IMG/VR virus record: IMGVR_UViG_3300027741_000080
Span: 1-55,398 of that record
DNA: 55,398 nucleotides
Strand: one strand, 5' to 3'
DNA from: a virus
Lineage: Duplodnaviria > Caudoviricetes
Below, piece by piece: positions 16,058-26,188 of the stretch (positions within the stretch are counted from its first letter, which is position 1; each line of letters opens with the position of its first letter). The notes below the pieces were generated by a model. It saw only the letters and a list, made by a program, of their open reading frames with translations. It searched no databases and was not told the DNA's origin. The position numbers and the translations under genes were made by a program.

Positions 16058-17766
16058 TGGCTAATAATTTGTACCTTCCACAGGTAGATTACACTTCACG
16101 AGACTACGCGTCTATTCGTGATGATTTAATTGCGCTTATCCCTAACTTTACTCCACAGTGGACTTCGCGTGATGCTAACGATGTTGGTATTGTACTTCTT
16201 GAGTTGTTCTCATATTTGGGCGATCTTCTTAATTTTCAAATTGACCGTGCTGCTAATGAATCATATTTAGGTACATCTACCCAACGTGACACAGTTATTG
16301 CTATCGCTAGTTTACTTAACTACACACCAAATGGTAATAGTCCTGCTTCGGGTATAGTTACATTTTCTAATTCAGGCGCGTCTGACGTTGTTGTTCCTAA
16401 AGGTACTCAAGTTAGTACATCTTCTGATGGAGTAAACCCCAGCATTATTTTTACTACAACCGCTGAGATTAATGTACCAGCATTTGCATCAGGCGTTAAT
16501 GGTGTAGCAACGGCTACAGTGACTCAAGGGATTTCAACAACTGAAACTATTGGTACGTCTGATGGAACTATTAATCAAATTTATGCTCTTACTAATCAAA
16601 ATGTATTTACAGAAGTTGGTTTAATAGTTTCTGTAAGTGGTCTTCAATACACAAAAGTTCAACATATTGTTGATTATGGTCCTGACGAACCTGTGTATTC
16701 AACTTATACTGATGGAACTAACACTACTTATATTTTTTTTGGTGATGGTGATTCAGGCCGTGTGCCACCATCAGGAACTTCAATTAGCGTTACGTATAGC
16801 TATTCTGCAACTCCAGGAAGTCTTGGAAACGTTGCTTCTGGTACTGTAGTTAATATTAATTCAGACAATATTTCGTTTGGTACTCTTACTGTTACAAATG
16901 CGGCTGTTTTTGCAGGCGGTGCTGACCCTGAGTCTACAGATTCAATTCGTATTAATGCACCAGCAGCATTGCGTACTCTTAACAGAGCCGTATCTTTATC
17001 GGACTACGGTCAATTAGCTTTACAGGTTAGCGGTGTAGCTAAAGCAAATGCTATTGGTACTTCTCTTGCATCTATTGTTTTGTACATTGCTGCCAACGGT
17101 GCTGCGGCTAGTTCTACTGCATTTAAAACAACTGTAGCTAATTACTTTACAAATAAAATGCCTCCTGGAACATCTCTTAAAGTTTTAGACTTTACCCCAG
17201 CATATCCATATTTAAATGCCACAGTTAACGTATTGCCTAATTACAATGTTTCTAACGTAGGTGTTGCAGCACAGTCTGCTTTGTACAGTTTGTTTGCTTT
17301 TGACAATGTAACTTTTAATGACACAATTTCTCAAGGAGATGTCATCTCTTCATTAAAAGCAGTAGAAGGTGTAGCAGGCGTTACGCTTAATGACTATGAA
17401 AAACTTCCTTCTATTTACTCACAATACGCAACGGTAACTGCAACAACTACATCTTCAACAACATTAACTACTTCGGTTACTGTAGATAGTTCGGCTGGGT
17501 TATGGGCAGGTGCCGCTATTACATCTATAACTAATGGTTCTTCAACTTTGTATTCTTATACTACCCCTGTAACTACTATTCAAAGTATTACTAACAGTAC
17601 TACGGTAGTTATAACTAGCACTCCTACAGCAGTTACCATAGCTAGTGGTGCTGTTATTACAGTTCAAGGTAACGCGGGAACTACAGATTTAACTTGTGGA
17701 ATCAATGAAGTTCCTGTACTTAACCCTAACTACATCTATGTCTTTACTACTGGTGGAACATCGTAA
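16057..17766 (+). CDS. Baseplate wedge protein J / T4 gp6-like
   Basis: DYTSRDYASIR, FGDG..GRVP, GGADPES..SIR.NAP, RAVSLSDY. Confidence 0.92.
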   Translation: MANNLYLPQVDYTSRDYASIRDDLIALIPNFTPQWTSRDANDVGIVLLELFSYLGDLLNFQIDRAANESYLGTSTQRDTVIAIASLLNYTPNGNSPASGIVTFSNSGASDVVVPKGTQVSTSSDGVNPSIIFTTTAEINVPAFASGVNGVATATVTQGISTTETIGTSDGTINQIYALTNQNVFTEVGLIVSVSGLQYTKVQHIVDYGPDEPVYSTYTDGTNTTYIFFGDGDSGRVPPSGTSISVTYSYSATPGSLGNVASGTVVNINSDNISFGTLTVTNAAVFAGGADPESTDSIRINAPAALRTLNRAVSLSDYGQLALQVSGVAKANAIGTSLASIVLYIAANGAAASSTAFKTTVANYFTNKMPPGTSLKVLDFTPAYPYLNATVNVLPNYNVSNVGVAAQSALYSLFAFDNVTFNDTISQGDVISSLKAVEGVAGVTLNDYEKLPSIYSQYATVTATTTSSTTLTTSVTVDSSAGLWAGAAITSITNGSSTLYSYTTPVTTIQSITNSTTVVITSTPTAVTIASGAVITVQGNAGTTDLTCGINEVPVLNPNYIYVFTTGGTS

Positions 17767-20700
17767 TGGCTCAAGTACCAGTTACTGCTCCTAACTTTAC
17801 AGTTAATGCAGATGCACGACCATCTAATTATTTAGTTAATCATATTAGTTGGGATGCGCCTAGTGAGAATATTAACTGGTCTGAGGTACGCCTTATTAGA
17901 AACACCGCGGGATACCCAGTAAACATTAATGACGGTGTTCAACTGTTTACCGAACAGTCTTACTCTATGTACGCAAAAGTTGCATCTGTACACGCAACAG
18001 GTTCTATTTCAGCCATTACTTATACAGGTGGTGGTACTGAAGGCTCTGGTTCCGAATTTACTACGTATACCGCAGTAAAACAAAGTGCTACTTCTGGTTC
18101 TGGTACAGGAGCTACTTTTGATATTGTACGTTCTTTAGATGTGCTTGGTGCAGTTTCCTCAGTAACTATTCGCTCCGCTGGCGGTAGTTACGCAGCAACC
18201 AACACTATTACTATTCCTAAAGAAAGTATTGGATACACGGCTACAGGTTTTGGTGCTTCAGTTACTGACTTAACAATTACTGTAGGCAGTATCACTAGCG
18301 GCGCATACGGTATTAAAACATTAGATACAATTGCTCAACCTGCTTTGCAAAGTACGTCGGTTAACGGAACTTATACTAACGTAACTGCTTTAAATACAGA
18401 TACCGCTGCTGGTTCTGGCGTATCGTTTGATGTAACTAGAACAAGCGGGTCTTCTACTGCAACTATTAGATCAACAGGTTCTGGGTATAAAGTTGGAGAT
18501 ATTGTACGCATTCCTGGATACAATCTTGGCGGTAGGGTATCTACTACAGACTTAGGGCGCACAGCGTCTTTTCATGTTTATGATAACGGTTCTGCTACAG
18601 GACTTACTACCAATCCTGGTTATGGGGTTACAGGAACTTATTTAAGAGCTCCTAAGTATTATTACTCAGTGTTTCTCAAGTACACAATTAATGGCGAAAC
18701 TACTGCTAGATGGAAAAGAATAGCTACTACATCTAGTTATGCTATTAAAGACAACGGCACATTAGATACCATACTTGGACATCTTCCTTTATTTTATCGA
18801 AAAGATTATCAAGGCAAAGATAATAAAGACTTAAGAGATTTTATGCGCCTTATTGCTTTTGCGTATGACATAGCAATTACATACAACAACGCCGTGTTTA
18901 ATTCGTCTAACTCTTTAAATATAGATGATAAACTTTTAGACCTTACGCTTAAACAGTTTGGTTCTAAATTAAGTGACGTTGTTAGTGTAGCTCAAGGAAA
19001 AACTCTTTTAAATAATATTATTAGGTCTTATCAAGAATCTGGTTCTCTTAAAGGTATTCAAACTTTTAGTTCTAGTAGAACTGGATATGATACCTCTGTA
19101 GTACCTGGTCGTAACTTACTTCAAGATGCTGACACATCTTCGTTTGTTGAATCAACTGGCGCCTGGTGGCCTTTAGCAGCAAGTTCTTACGCAGCAGCTT
19201 CTCCTTATGCATCTAACCTTGTTTGGGCTGCTCCAATTTCTGCGGGTTCTGCTTCTTCAACTATTACATCTTATTTTGATACTAATGGTGTAACTCTTAC
19301 TGGAGCTAGTAACGTAGGAACTCTTATTACGGTAGCAAATACTACTGGTTTACTACCTGGAAGAGCGCTAACAAAAACAGCTGGTAGTGGTACTCTTGCA
19401 GCTGGAACAGTAGTTACCTCTATTGTTAGTTCTACTCAATTTAAAGTTAATATTGCTCCTTCGTCTTTATCGGGAGCAACTTTAGTTGCGTCTTCTAACA
19501 TTTTGTCAGGTATGGCAAAAAATACATCAACAACTGTAGCAACAACCGCATATTATTTAGGGCTTAGACCAGGTCAAGCTGCTGCAACTGCTGCTTCTGG
19601 TACTAACGTAGTTACTGTTAAACCTTCTTTAGCTAAAGTTGGCGATTACATTATTGCCACAAATACTAGTGCTGCTAGCAAAAGTTTTTTCCCACCAAAT
19701 ACAGTAGTAACTGCCGTTAATGCGTCATCTGTTACTCTATCTAATAACTCTTTAGCATCAATTGCTTCAGCAACTGCGCTTGTGTTTACCTCTAATGTAC
19801 AAGCTGCAAGTTGGTCGGGTTCAACTACCAATGCAGTACAAGCAACTGTTTATTCAAGTGATTACACATCTTCTTTATCTGCTTTGCCTACTGTAGAGCC
19901 TGGAAAACCATACGCATTTAGTTTTTGGTTTAACGCAGGAGGAACTGCTGCTGCAACAACTACTGCAAGTATTACTTTTTATAATGCTTCTGGAAATAGT
20001 ATTTCTACTACTAGTGCTTCTTCTACGGTAGGAGCTGTTGTATCTACTACCTCTTGGTACAGAAATAGTGTTACAGGTACTGCTCCTGCAAGTGCGGTAT
20101 ACGCGCAACCAAGTTTTGCTGTGTATCCAAATTATTTTGTAGATGCTATGCAATTTGAAAGTTACATTACCTCTAATGCTGCCTCGTTAACTTCAAACGT
20201 AGTTACCATACTTACAAATGTTGCTCATGGTTTTACTACTACTAATAACGTAACTGTAGTTGGTTATGGCTCACCTATTGATGGAACTTTCCCTATTGCA
20301 AGTATACCAACAACTACATCTTTTACTTACGCAGTTACTGCTAGTAATATTACTGCTATAAATACTACTGGATACGTTGCTTCAGCATCCACATTTCAAG
20401 ATGCTCGTACAACTACAGTAAATATATTAGCTAACCGTAGAAATCTTATTACTAATCCAACATTTACAACAGCAACTACAGGTTGGTCAGTTAGTACATC
20501 GGCAGTTACAATAACATCAACTAATGCTCAATCAATTTATGGAACTACGTCTTTAAAAGTAGATTCTCCAGTATCAGCAGTTACATATATTTATAATACC
20601 AACAGAATTGCAGTAGTTCCTAGCAATGATTACACTGCGTCTGCTCATGTTAAATGGGGTTCTGGTGCTGGAGTTATATATACAATTGAAATTGATTGGT

Positions 20701-21116
20701 TTGTAGCTTCTTCAGGTGGTTCGGCTATTTCTACAGCATCAATGTCATCTTACTTTAATGCTGCTGGTACACAAGTAACTGCAACTACTGCTGCAGTTTC
20801 TACAGCAACTGGTTGGAATAGGTTATTTGTTTCTGGACGTTCACCTAGTAACGCAAATTTTGCTGAAGTGCGTATTATTCGTACTGATGCTGCTGGTAAT
20901 ACAGGAACAGTATATGTAGATGCAGTTATGTTTGAAAAATTATCCGTGCTCAAGCCTTACTTTGATGGTTCTTTTGATGGACAAAGTTACGCTGACGATA
21001 GGGATTCTTTGTGGGAAGGTACAGCAGATGCTAGCGTCAGCCACCTGTACTATAACCGTGTGTTTAACTCTGGTAAAATTGATTCTATGATTACGGATGG
21101 TATGTTCTATGCTTAG
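17766..21116 (+). CDS. Baseplate wedge (P2 gpI-like) fused to carbohydrate-binding-like / beta modules
   Basis: HLPLFYR..LRDFM..GSLKGI segment; RNLITNPTF....GW and YFDGS motifs of CBM-like tail proteins. Confidence 0.7.
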   Translation: MAQVPVTAPNFTVNADARPSNYLVNHISWDAPSENINWSEVRLIRNTAGYPVNINDGVQLFTEQSYSMYAKVASVHATGSISAITYTGGGTEGSGSEFTTYTAVKQSATSGSGTGATFDIVRSLDVLGAVSSVTIRSAGGSYAATNTITIPKESIGYTATGFGASVTDLTITVGSITSGAYGIKTLDTIAQPALQSTSVNGTYTNVTALNTDTAAGSGVSFDVTRTSGSSTATIRSTGSGYKVGDIVRIPGYNLGGRVSTTDLGRTASFHVYDNGSATGLTTNPGYGVTGTYLRAPKYYYSVFLKYTINGETTARWKRIATTSSYAIKDNGTLDTILGHLPLFYRKDYQGKDNKDLRDFMRLIAFAYDIAITYNNAVFNSSNSLNIDDKLLDLTLKQFGSKLSDVVSVAQGKTLLNNIIRSYQESGSLKGIQTFSSSRTGYDTSVVPGRNLLQDADTSSFVESTGAWWPLAASSYAAASPYASNLVWAAPISAGSASSTITSYFDTNGVTLTGASNVGTLITVANTTGLLPGRALTKTAGSGTLAAGTVVTSIVSSTQFKVNIAPSSLSGATLVASSNILSGMAKNTSTTVATTAYYLGLRPGQAAATAASGTNVVTVKPSLAKVGDYIIATNTSAASKSFFPPNTVVTAVNASSVTLSNNSLASIASATALVFTSNVQAASWSGSTTNAVQATVYSSDYTSSLSALPTVEPGKPYAFSFWFNAGGTAAATTTASITFYNASGNSISTTSASSTVGAVVSTTSWYRNSVTGTAPASAVYAQPSFAVYPNYFVDAMQFESYITSNAASLTSNVVTILTNVAHGFTTTNNVTVVGYGSPIDGTFPIASIPTTTSFTYAVTASNITAINTTGYVASASTFQDARTTTVNILANRRNLITNPTFTTATTGWSVSTSAVTITSTNAQSIYGTTSLKVDSPVSAVTYIYNTNRIAVVPSNDYTASAHVKWGSGAGVIYTIEIDWFVASSGGSAISTASMSSYFNAAGTQVTATTAAVSTATGWNRLFVSGRSPSNANFAEVRIIRTDAAGNTGTVYVDAVMFEKLSVLKPYFDGSFDGQSYADDRDSLWEGTADASVSHLYYNRVFNSGKIDSMITDGMFYA

Positions 21117-23499
21117 AAGAGCCAGCCAAAGTGGTTTAGCATCCGCTATTAAATCAATTGCTTTTGATTCAACAGCCCCAACAGTTGCAACAGCTGCTGC
21201 CGTAACTCTTGTTGTTACCACTGTTGATAATCATAACCTGTATCCTGGTGCTCGTGTTTCTTTTACTGGTATTGCCAGTTCTAATAGTGATGCTGCTTAT
21301 AACGTAACTGGTCAATGGCTTTATAAAATTATTAGCCCTACATCCTTTAGCATTACGCCTACTCTTACTTATGCTTCACAACCTACGTTTACTCTTACTA
21401 ATGCAACGCTTTGGGCTCCTAATGCAGCACTTAATGCTTACAACATTCTTTATGGACAACCTGTAACTATTCCTAGACCTACGTTCTATAACTACGCTTA
21501 TCCTACAATTACTGCTACTCCTTCTGGTACAGGGGTTCTTGTTACTTGGGATGCAAATGGAATTGCAAATCCTGCAATTGATTCTGTAAAAGTTGAAAGA
21601 CTTAGTGGAAGTTCAGTAGTTGCAACTTTATCTTCTGGAATAGACGCTACAAATTTTGCTAATACAATATTTGAAACTGGTTTGGCTGGTGTTACTTTAG
21701 CTACTATTGGTTCAGGAAATTCTTACACGTACAGAGTTACTGCTAAAAGTCCTCTTCAATCAAATATTATAACGCAAGATATAACTACTCTTTATTATAA
21801 TAATATTGCTAGTGTTACTTCTTCAGTTCCACCAGCAACACCTACATATATTCAAGTATCTTGGGCAGCTGCTACAGGTAATACTTCTGTAAGTAACTAT
21901 GAAGTTGAACGTGCAACTAATAGTGGATTTACTGTAGGGACATCTACGCTATCTACAGCAGTATCTGGAAGTTCAACTTCGTACATAGACACTACGGCTG
22001 CAATTAGTACAGATTATTACTATCGTGTTCGCGCTAGAAAAGATTTTACCTACAGTTCAACTAGTTACCCTATGTACAGTAACTATGCAACAACAGCTTC
22101 TTCAATTCGTGTAACTGCTATTAATACTACATTAAATGTAAACACTATTTCTAATACTTCTTATGGTACAGGCGCAGTAGTATCTGGAACTATATCTCCT
22201 AACCCAACTGGTGGCACAGTAACTATTACTGAGTCTGGAGTAACAGTAGGTACAGCAACAGTAGGCTCTTCAGGAACATATACAACTACGTTGTCTACGA
22301 CTACTTCCGTTGCTACACACAATTTATCTCTTTCATATGGTGGTAATGGCATTTACCAACCTTCAACAAATACAGCAAGCTTTACAGTTAGCAAAGCTAA
22401 CACTTCTATAACGGCAGTTCCTGGCTCTGCTACTACATATCCATCTACACCAACAATTACTGGTAGTGTATTACCAAACCCAGGAACTTCAACTTGGACG
22501 TTTACACTTACTGGAAATTCTGTTCCAGATTTGTCAGGAACAATTAACTCTAGTGGTAATTACAGTTTTGTAGCACCTAGCGGCAACGCAGGTACATACT
22601 CAGGTACCGTAGCTTTCCCAGGTAACGCAAATTACAACGCCTCTAGCTCAAGTGTTTCATATACAATTAATTCAAATGCTACTAATACTACAGGGGCAGT
22701 ATCAACAACAGTAATAAATATTGGTTCGTCAGTAACGCTTTCCGTTAACCTTAAAACTGCTTCTGGTTCAAACGTGGCTAGTCAAACTGTTGGTTGGGAA
22801 GCGTCTACAGATAATAGTAATTGGAGCCATATTACTACGGCAACAACAGATGCTAGCGGTAATGCTACATACGTATGGACTCCAGGATCATCGTCGTGGA
22901 ATTACGTCCGTGCTTACTATAACGGTTCTACTAACTACGATGCAAGCATTGGATCAGCAATTGCATTTAATATTAGGGCTAAATACACGGTTACTACAAC
23001 AGTATCTGGTACTGCAAATACGTATAAATATTACGCTAAAATTGCAACTAATGGTCAAGTTGCCTCTACTTGGACAGCCCCAACAATTAGTGGAGCAGTT
23101 AATTTAACCGTGACAGGTATAGCACTTTCTATTGCTGGTCGCACAGGTTATACTGCACCATCGGTTGCAGCAGGTCTTTGGACAGGTGCTAGTTCAGGAA
23201 CACTACTTGCAAATAGTAATAACGTTACATTAGGTCTTAAAGCAGATGGTGGAGCTACATTAGTTAGTTTTGATTTTACTTCGGACTTAGCCGTTTCTCA
23301 AGGAAGTACTTATTTTGTTGGTTTTTGGCGTAATCAAGGTACAGTTAACATGTATACACAATATGATTTAGATACAAGTAGCGGCTTAACCACTAAGTAC
23401 GATAGTAGCACTACTTCTTCAATCACTACTTTTACTAACAACGCAACAACTGTGGGTGACACTTTGTTATATACAGTAACGTATTATTATTACAAGTAA
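21109..23499 (+). CDS. Tail fibre / adhesin-like protein with FN3 and Ig-like repeats
   Basis: VSWAAA..YEVERAT..YYYRVRA (FN3); Y.GN..Y..S Ig-like repeats; start could be 21097. Confidence 0.7.
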   Translation: MLRRASQSGLASAIKSIAFDSTAPTVATAAAVTLVVTTVDNHNLYPGARVSFTGIASSNSDAAYNVTGQWLYKIISPTSFSITPTLTYASQPTFTLTNATLWAPNAALNAYNILYGQPVTIPRPTFYNYAYPTITATPSGTGVLVTWDANGIANPAIDSVKVERLSGSSVVATLSSGIDATNFANTIFETGLAGVTLATIGSGNSYTYRVTAKSPLQSNIITQDITTLYYNNIASVTSSVPPATPTYIQVSWAAATGNTSVSNYEVERATNSGFTVGTSTLSTAVSGSSTSYIDTTAAISTDYYYRVRARKDFTYSSTSYPMYSNYATTASSIRVTAINTTLNVNTISNTSYGTGAVVSGTISPNPTGGTVTITESGVTVGTATVGSSGTYTTTLSTTTSVATHNLSLSYGGNGIYQPSTNTASFTVSKANTSITAVPGSATTYPSTPTITGSVLPNPGTSTWTFTLTGNSVPDLSGTINSSGNYSFVAPSGNAGTYSGTVAFPGNANYNASSSSVSYTINSNATNTTGAVSTTVINIGSSVTLSVNLKTASGSNVASQTVGWEASTDNSNWSHITTATTDASGNATYVWTPGSSSWNYVRAYYNGSTNYDASIGSAIAFNIRAKYTVTTTVSGTANTYKYYAKIATNGQVASTWTAPTISGAVNLTVTGIALSIAGRTGYTAPSVAAGLWTGASSGTLLANSNNVTLGLKADGGATLVSFDFTSDLAVSQGSTYFVGFWRNQGTVNMYTQYDLDTSSGLTTKYDSSTTSSITTFTNNATTVGDTLLYTVTYYYYK

Positions 23500-23505
23500 G
23501 AAAAC

Positions 23506-23533
23506 TTGCATATAAGCAAGCTGGGTGTATAGT
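23506..23533 (+). promoter_or_regulatory. Sigma70/SigA-like promoter for the replication module
   Basis: TTGCAT-16 nt-TATAGT upstream of AAGGAG RBS. Confidence 0.5.
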
Positions 23534-23558
23534 AGTTTTCCTACTCTAAGGAGAACCT

Positions 23559-24107
23559 ATGTACGATCTTATTTTTGTAGCGGGTAATGGTAAAACATCC
23601 CGTGCAAACGTTGAAGCATTAGTAGACGATTACATTCAAGCCAACCCCAAAGTTCAGTTTAGTCTGTGCAGTAGCTCTGGCATGTCCGAGGGTCAAGTAT
23701 GGCTTAAACAATACCTTGAAGATAAAGAAATTACTTTTACTGTTGATAAAGAAATTAAAGAAATTTCTAGCGTTGATTTAGATAAACAAGCAATATTTAT
23801 TCTATGGAACGATGAAGATACTGAGTCCCTTAATGCTTTAGCCATAGCCAAATCTTTAAACATTTGTGCATTTGATTTGGTACATGGCTTGTTTGAAATT
23901 CAAGGTAAAGAAGGAATTAGTGGGGTAGTAGCTCCAGAAATACCTATACAAGAACAGATTAATGAATATGAAGTTGAGCCTGAACTTGAGGATGATGAAG
24001 AAGACGAGTATGAGGACCCCCTATATCAAGCCATAAATCTAGTAGCCAGCATCTTTGCTGAGGCTATTGCTAAGGAACTCAAGAAGGTACTTAAGCGAAA
24101 TGATTAG
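23559..24107 (+). CDS. Hypothetical protein, possible degenerate SLOG/YspA-like fold with acidic tail
   Basis: IFVAGNG N-terminus, AIFILWN...ALAIAK..I.AFD; strong RBS. Confidence 0.5.
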   Translation: MYDLIFVAGNGKTSRANVEALVDDYIQANPKVQFSLCSSSGMSEGQVWLKQYLEDKEITFTVDKEIKEISSVDLDKQAIFILWNDEDTESLNALAIAKSLNICAFDLVHGLFEIQGKEGISGVVAPEIPIQEQINEYEVEPELEDDEEDEYEDPLYQAINLVASIFAEAIAKELKKVLKRND

Positions 24108-25044
24108 CAGTATCTCTCCTAAGGCTCTCACAGCCCTTATGGCGGGTGCAGCAGGTAAAGTACGCCTGACCAGGTCAGAGCTCTCAAAAGCCTTCCCTGG
24201 GCACGGTAGGGACTACTGGGGGGCTGCTTTAACCGAACTGGAGGAAGCAGGTTTCCTTGAGCGTGGTAGTTACCAGGCTGGGGCAAATAAACAATGGAAT
24301 CATTTTGAAAAGATTACTGACCTAGGTTGGATGTATCTTAGAGATTGGCTACCCCCAATGGAAAACCATGAGTCAACTTGGGGAGCCGCAGACGGATTAG
24401 CCGTCGTCGGCAAACCCGTCGTTCTTATAAGTGAGAACCAGCTTATTAATACTAATAATAAAACTTATAAAGCTAGTAAAGAAGTTCGCGAGGAAAACCT
24501 CGCGAACGAATATAAAACAGTCAATATGCCAGTGGAGGGTAACTTGCCATACGATTTCTTTAAGGGCAATCCAGCGGAAGATGATTACGTCAGGGACGGT
24601 AAAGAAGAAAACCTTAAATACCGCGCTGCAAAAATGGAAGAAGGTAAAACCACTTTTGAGTCTAGAAAAAGTACCACAATGCGGACACGGCATAACCTTG
24701 CTCAAGAACTGTGGGGAAGCAACGAGGTTGCCTTTGAGTTTATGGAACGGTTAACTCAACATTTCCATATCAAAAACAATATTACGATTAGGCTTATTAC
24801 AGGTGCGTTTGCTACGATGCGTAAAGCGCAAAAAACTACAGCGCTTGAAGAAATTAAAATGTTAGACTTGTTTTTTGCTACAACAAAGTTTGAGAAGTAC
24901 GATGACGGTGAACATATGTGGAAGTTATTTATATATCGTGCATCAGAACTTGCGGTGCAAGCCAAACGTATGGTACAAAGTTCAGATCAGAAAGAGTCAG
25001 CTTCAGTTCAAGCTGCTAAGTCACAGGAGTGGTTAGATGGGTAA
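24100..25044 (+). CDS. Putative replication initiator (winged HTH, lambda O-like organisation)
   Basis: N-terminal HTH (GRDYWGAALTELEEAGFLER), low-complexity linker, upstream of DnaC-like gene. Confidence 0.65.
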   Translation: MISSISPKALTALMAGAAGKVRLTRSELSKAFPGHGRDYWGAALTELEEAGFLERGSYQAGANKQWNHFEKITDLGWMYLRDWLPPMENHESTWGAADGLAVVGKPVVLISENQLINTNNKTYKASKEVREENLANEYKTVNMPVEGNLPYDFFKGNPAEDDYVRDGKEENLKYRAAKMEEGKTTFESRKSTTMRTRHNLAQELWGSNEVAFEFMERLTQHFHIKNNITIRLITGAFATMRKAQKTTALEEIKMLDLFFATTKFEKYDDGEHMWKLFIYRASELAVQAKRMVQSSDQKESASVQAAKSQEWLDG

Positions 25045-25192
25045 GATGAAAAATGAAGATATTGAACGTAATTATCGTGAAGCTGGTTTAACTGAAAGCA
25101 CAGTTGCTCGTATTACACAGTGGATTCAAACAGCAAGTGAAGAAAAAACTTGTGACTGTGACTGTGGTGGCTGCGGGGAATCAAATGATTAA
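25037..25192 (+). CDS. Small hypothetical protein, 51 aa, with CDCDCGGC motif
   Basis: AGGAG RBS; overlaps both neighbours; not in ORF track. Confidence 0.55.
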   Translation: MGKMKNEDIERNYREAGLTESTVARITQWIQTASEEKTCDCDCGGCGESND

Positions 25193-25877
25193 CGTAAGTG
25201 AACTTCCTGTACGTCGTAAATCATGGTTAGCAATTGCTAACATTCCAGCAAACCGACGTGGTTGGGAATTGTCTGATTGCAAAGAAGTAACTAGCACTGA
25301 TATCAAACGTATTTCTACTTGGGTTAACAAAGTTAAATCTGGGGAAGTAATTCGTGCTGAAGGTAAACCTAAGTGTGGTGTAGGACTATTACTTGTAGGT
25401 GAGCCAGGTCATGGTAAAACTACATTGGCGTTAACTATTTTGCAGACTATGCTTCGCACGTTTTCAATGGATGAGTTTGTAGTTGGTGATGGTAGGGTTT
25501 TAGTTAAGCCTTGTTATTTTGCTACTTACAATGACATTATTGAACTTAAAGGTAAATTGATAAGCAAGGATCATACTGATGAGCAAGAGCGTTTGTTTTT
25601 AGGTATGCATGGTGAGTGTGATGATGATGCTTACAATGTTCGAGTATTAGTTATTGATGATGTTGGTAAGGAACATGTTTCTGGCAGTGGTTGGAATAAA
25701 AACTTACTTCATCACATACTACGTACCAGATTTAATCTTGGACTTCCTACTATAATTACTACAAATTTGCCCGTTGAATCGTGGTCAGCAGCTTATGGAG
25801 AAGCAACTGGCTCGTTTATACATGAAGCTTTTGTGACAATTCAACTAGAATCAATTAAGGGAGATTTACGCAAATGA
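25185..25877 (+). CDS. dnaC: DnaC/IstB-like AAA+ helicase loader
   Basis: GEPGHGKT Walker A, LVIDDVGKE Walker B, PTIITTNL. Confidence 0.88.
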   Translation: MINVSELPVRRKSWLAIANIPANRRGWELSDCKEVTSTDIKRISTWVNKVKSGEVIRAEGKPKCGVGLLLVGEPGHGKTTLALTILQTMLRTFSMDEFVVGDGRVLVKPCYFATYNDIIELKGKLISKDHTDEQERLFLGMHGECDDDAYNVRVLVIDDVGKEHVSGSGWNKNLLHHILRTRFNLGLPTIITTNLPVESWSAAYGEATGSFIHEAFVTIQLESIKGDLRK

Positions 25878-26185
25878 GCGAGGAAGTCATGGAAGACACA
25901 AAGTTAGTCCAGATTTTTTTAGGTGGAGCGGGTACACCAGGTCCAGGCATATTTGAAGTAAGCATTACAAAAGATAAAGACTTTATTTGTACATGCCCAG
26001 GTTATATGGGACGTTCCATATGCAAACATACTAGGTTTGTATCTTCACGAGTTAAGCAAAATAATGGCACTTACCCTTTAGAGATTTCTACCCGCGTAAC
26101 TGATGATGATGCAAACAAAGCTCAAGAATCTCCAGAAGAGTTTCGTAGGTTTATTATTAAATTCGGAAAAATAGAAGTCTGTTAA
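25874..26185 (+). CDS. SWIM zinc-finger protein
   Basis: CTCPGY...CKH. Confidence 0.8.
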   Translation: MSEEVMEDTKLVQIFLGGAGTPGPGIFEVSITKDKDFICTCPGYMGRSICKHTRFVSSRVKQNNGTYPLEISTRVTDDDANKAQESPEEFRRFIIKFGKIEVC

Positions 26186-26188
26186 ATC

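Noticed and set aside
6374-21116. Extracellular contractile injection system (Afp/PVC-like) or tailocin
   Set aside because: Tail genes resemble eCIS components but are contiguous with a complete phage replication module, tRNAs and RNR, so a phage is the simpler reading
21090-21120. Programmed frameshift joining the 17766 and 21109 ORFs
   Set aside because: No recognisable slippery motif; a short overlap with ATG 21109 and a weak GGATGG RBS explains it
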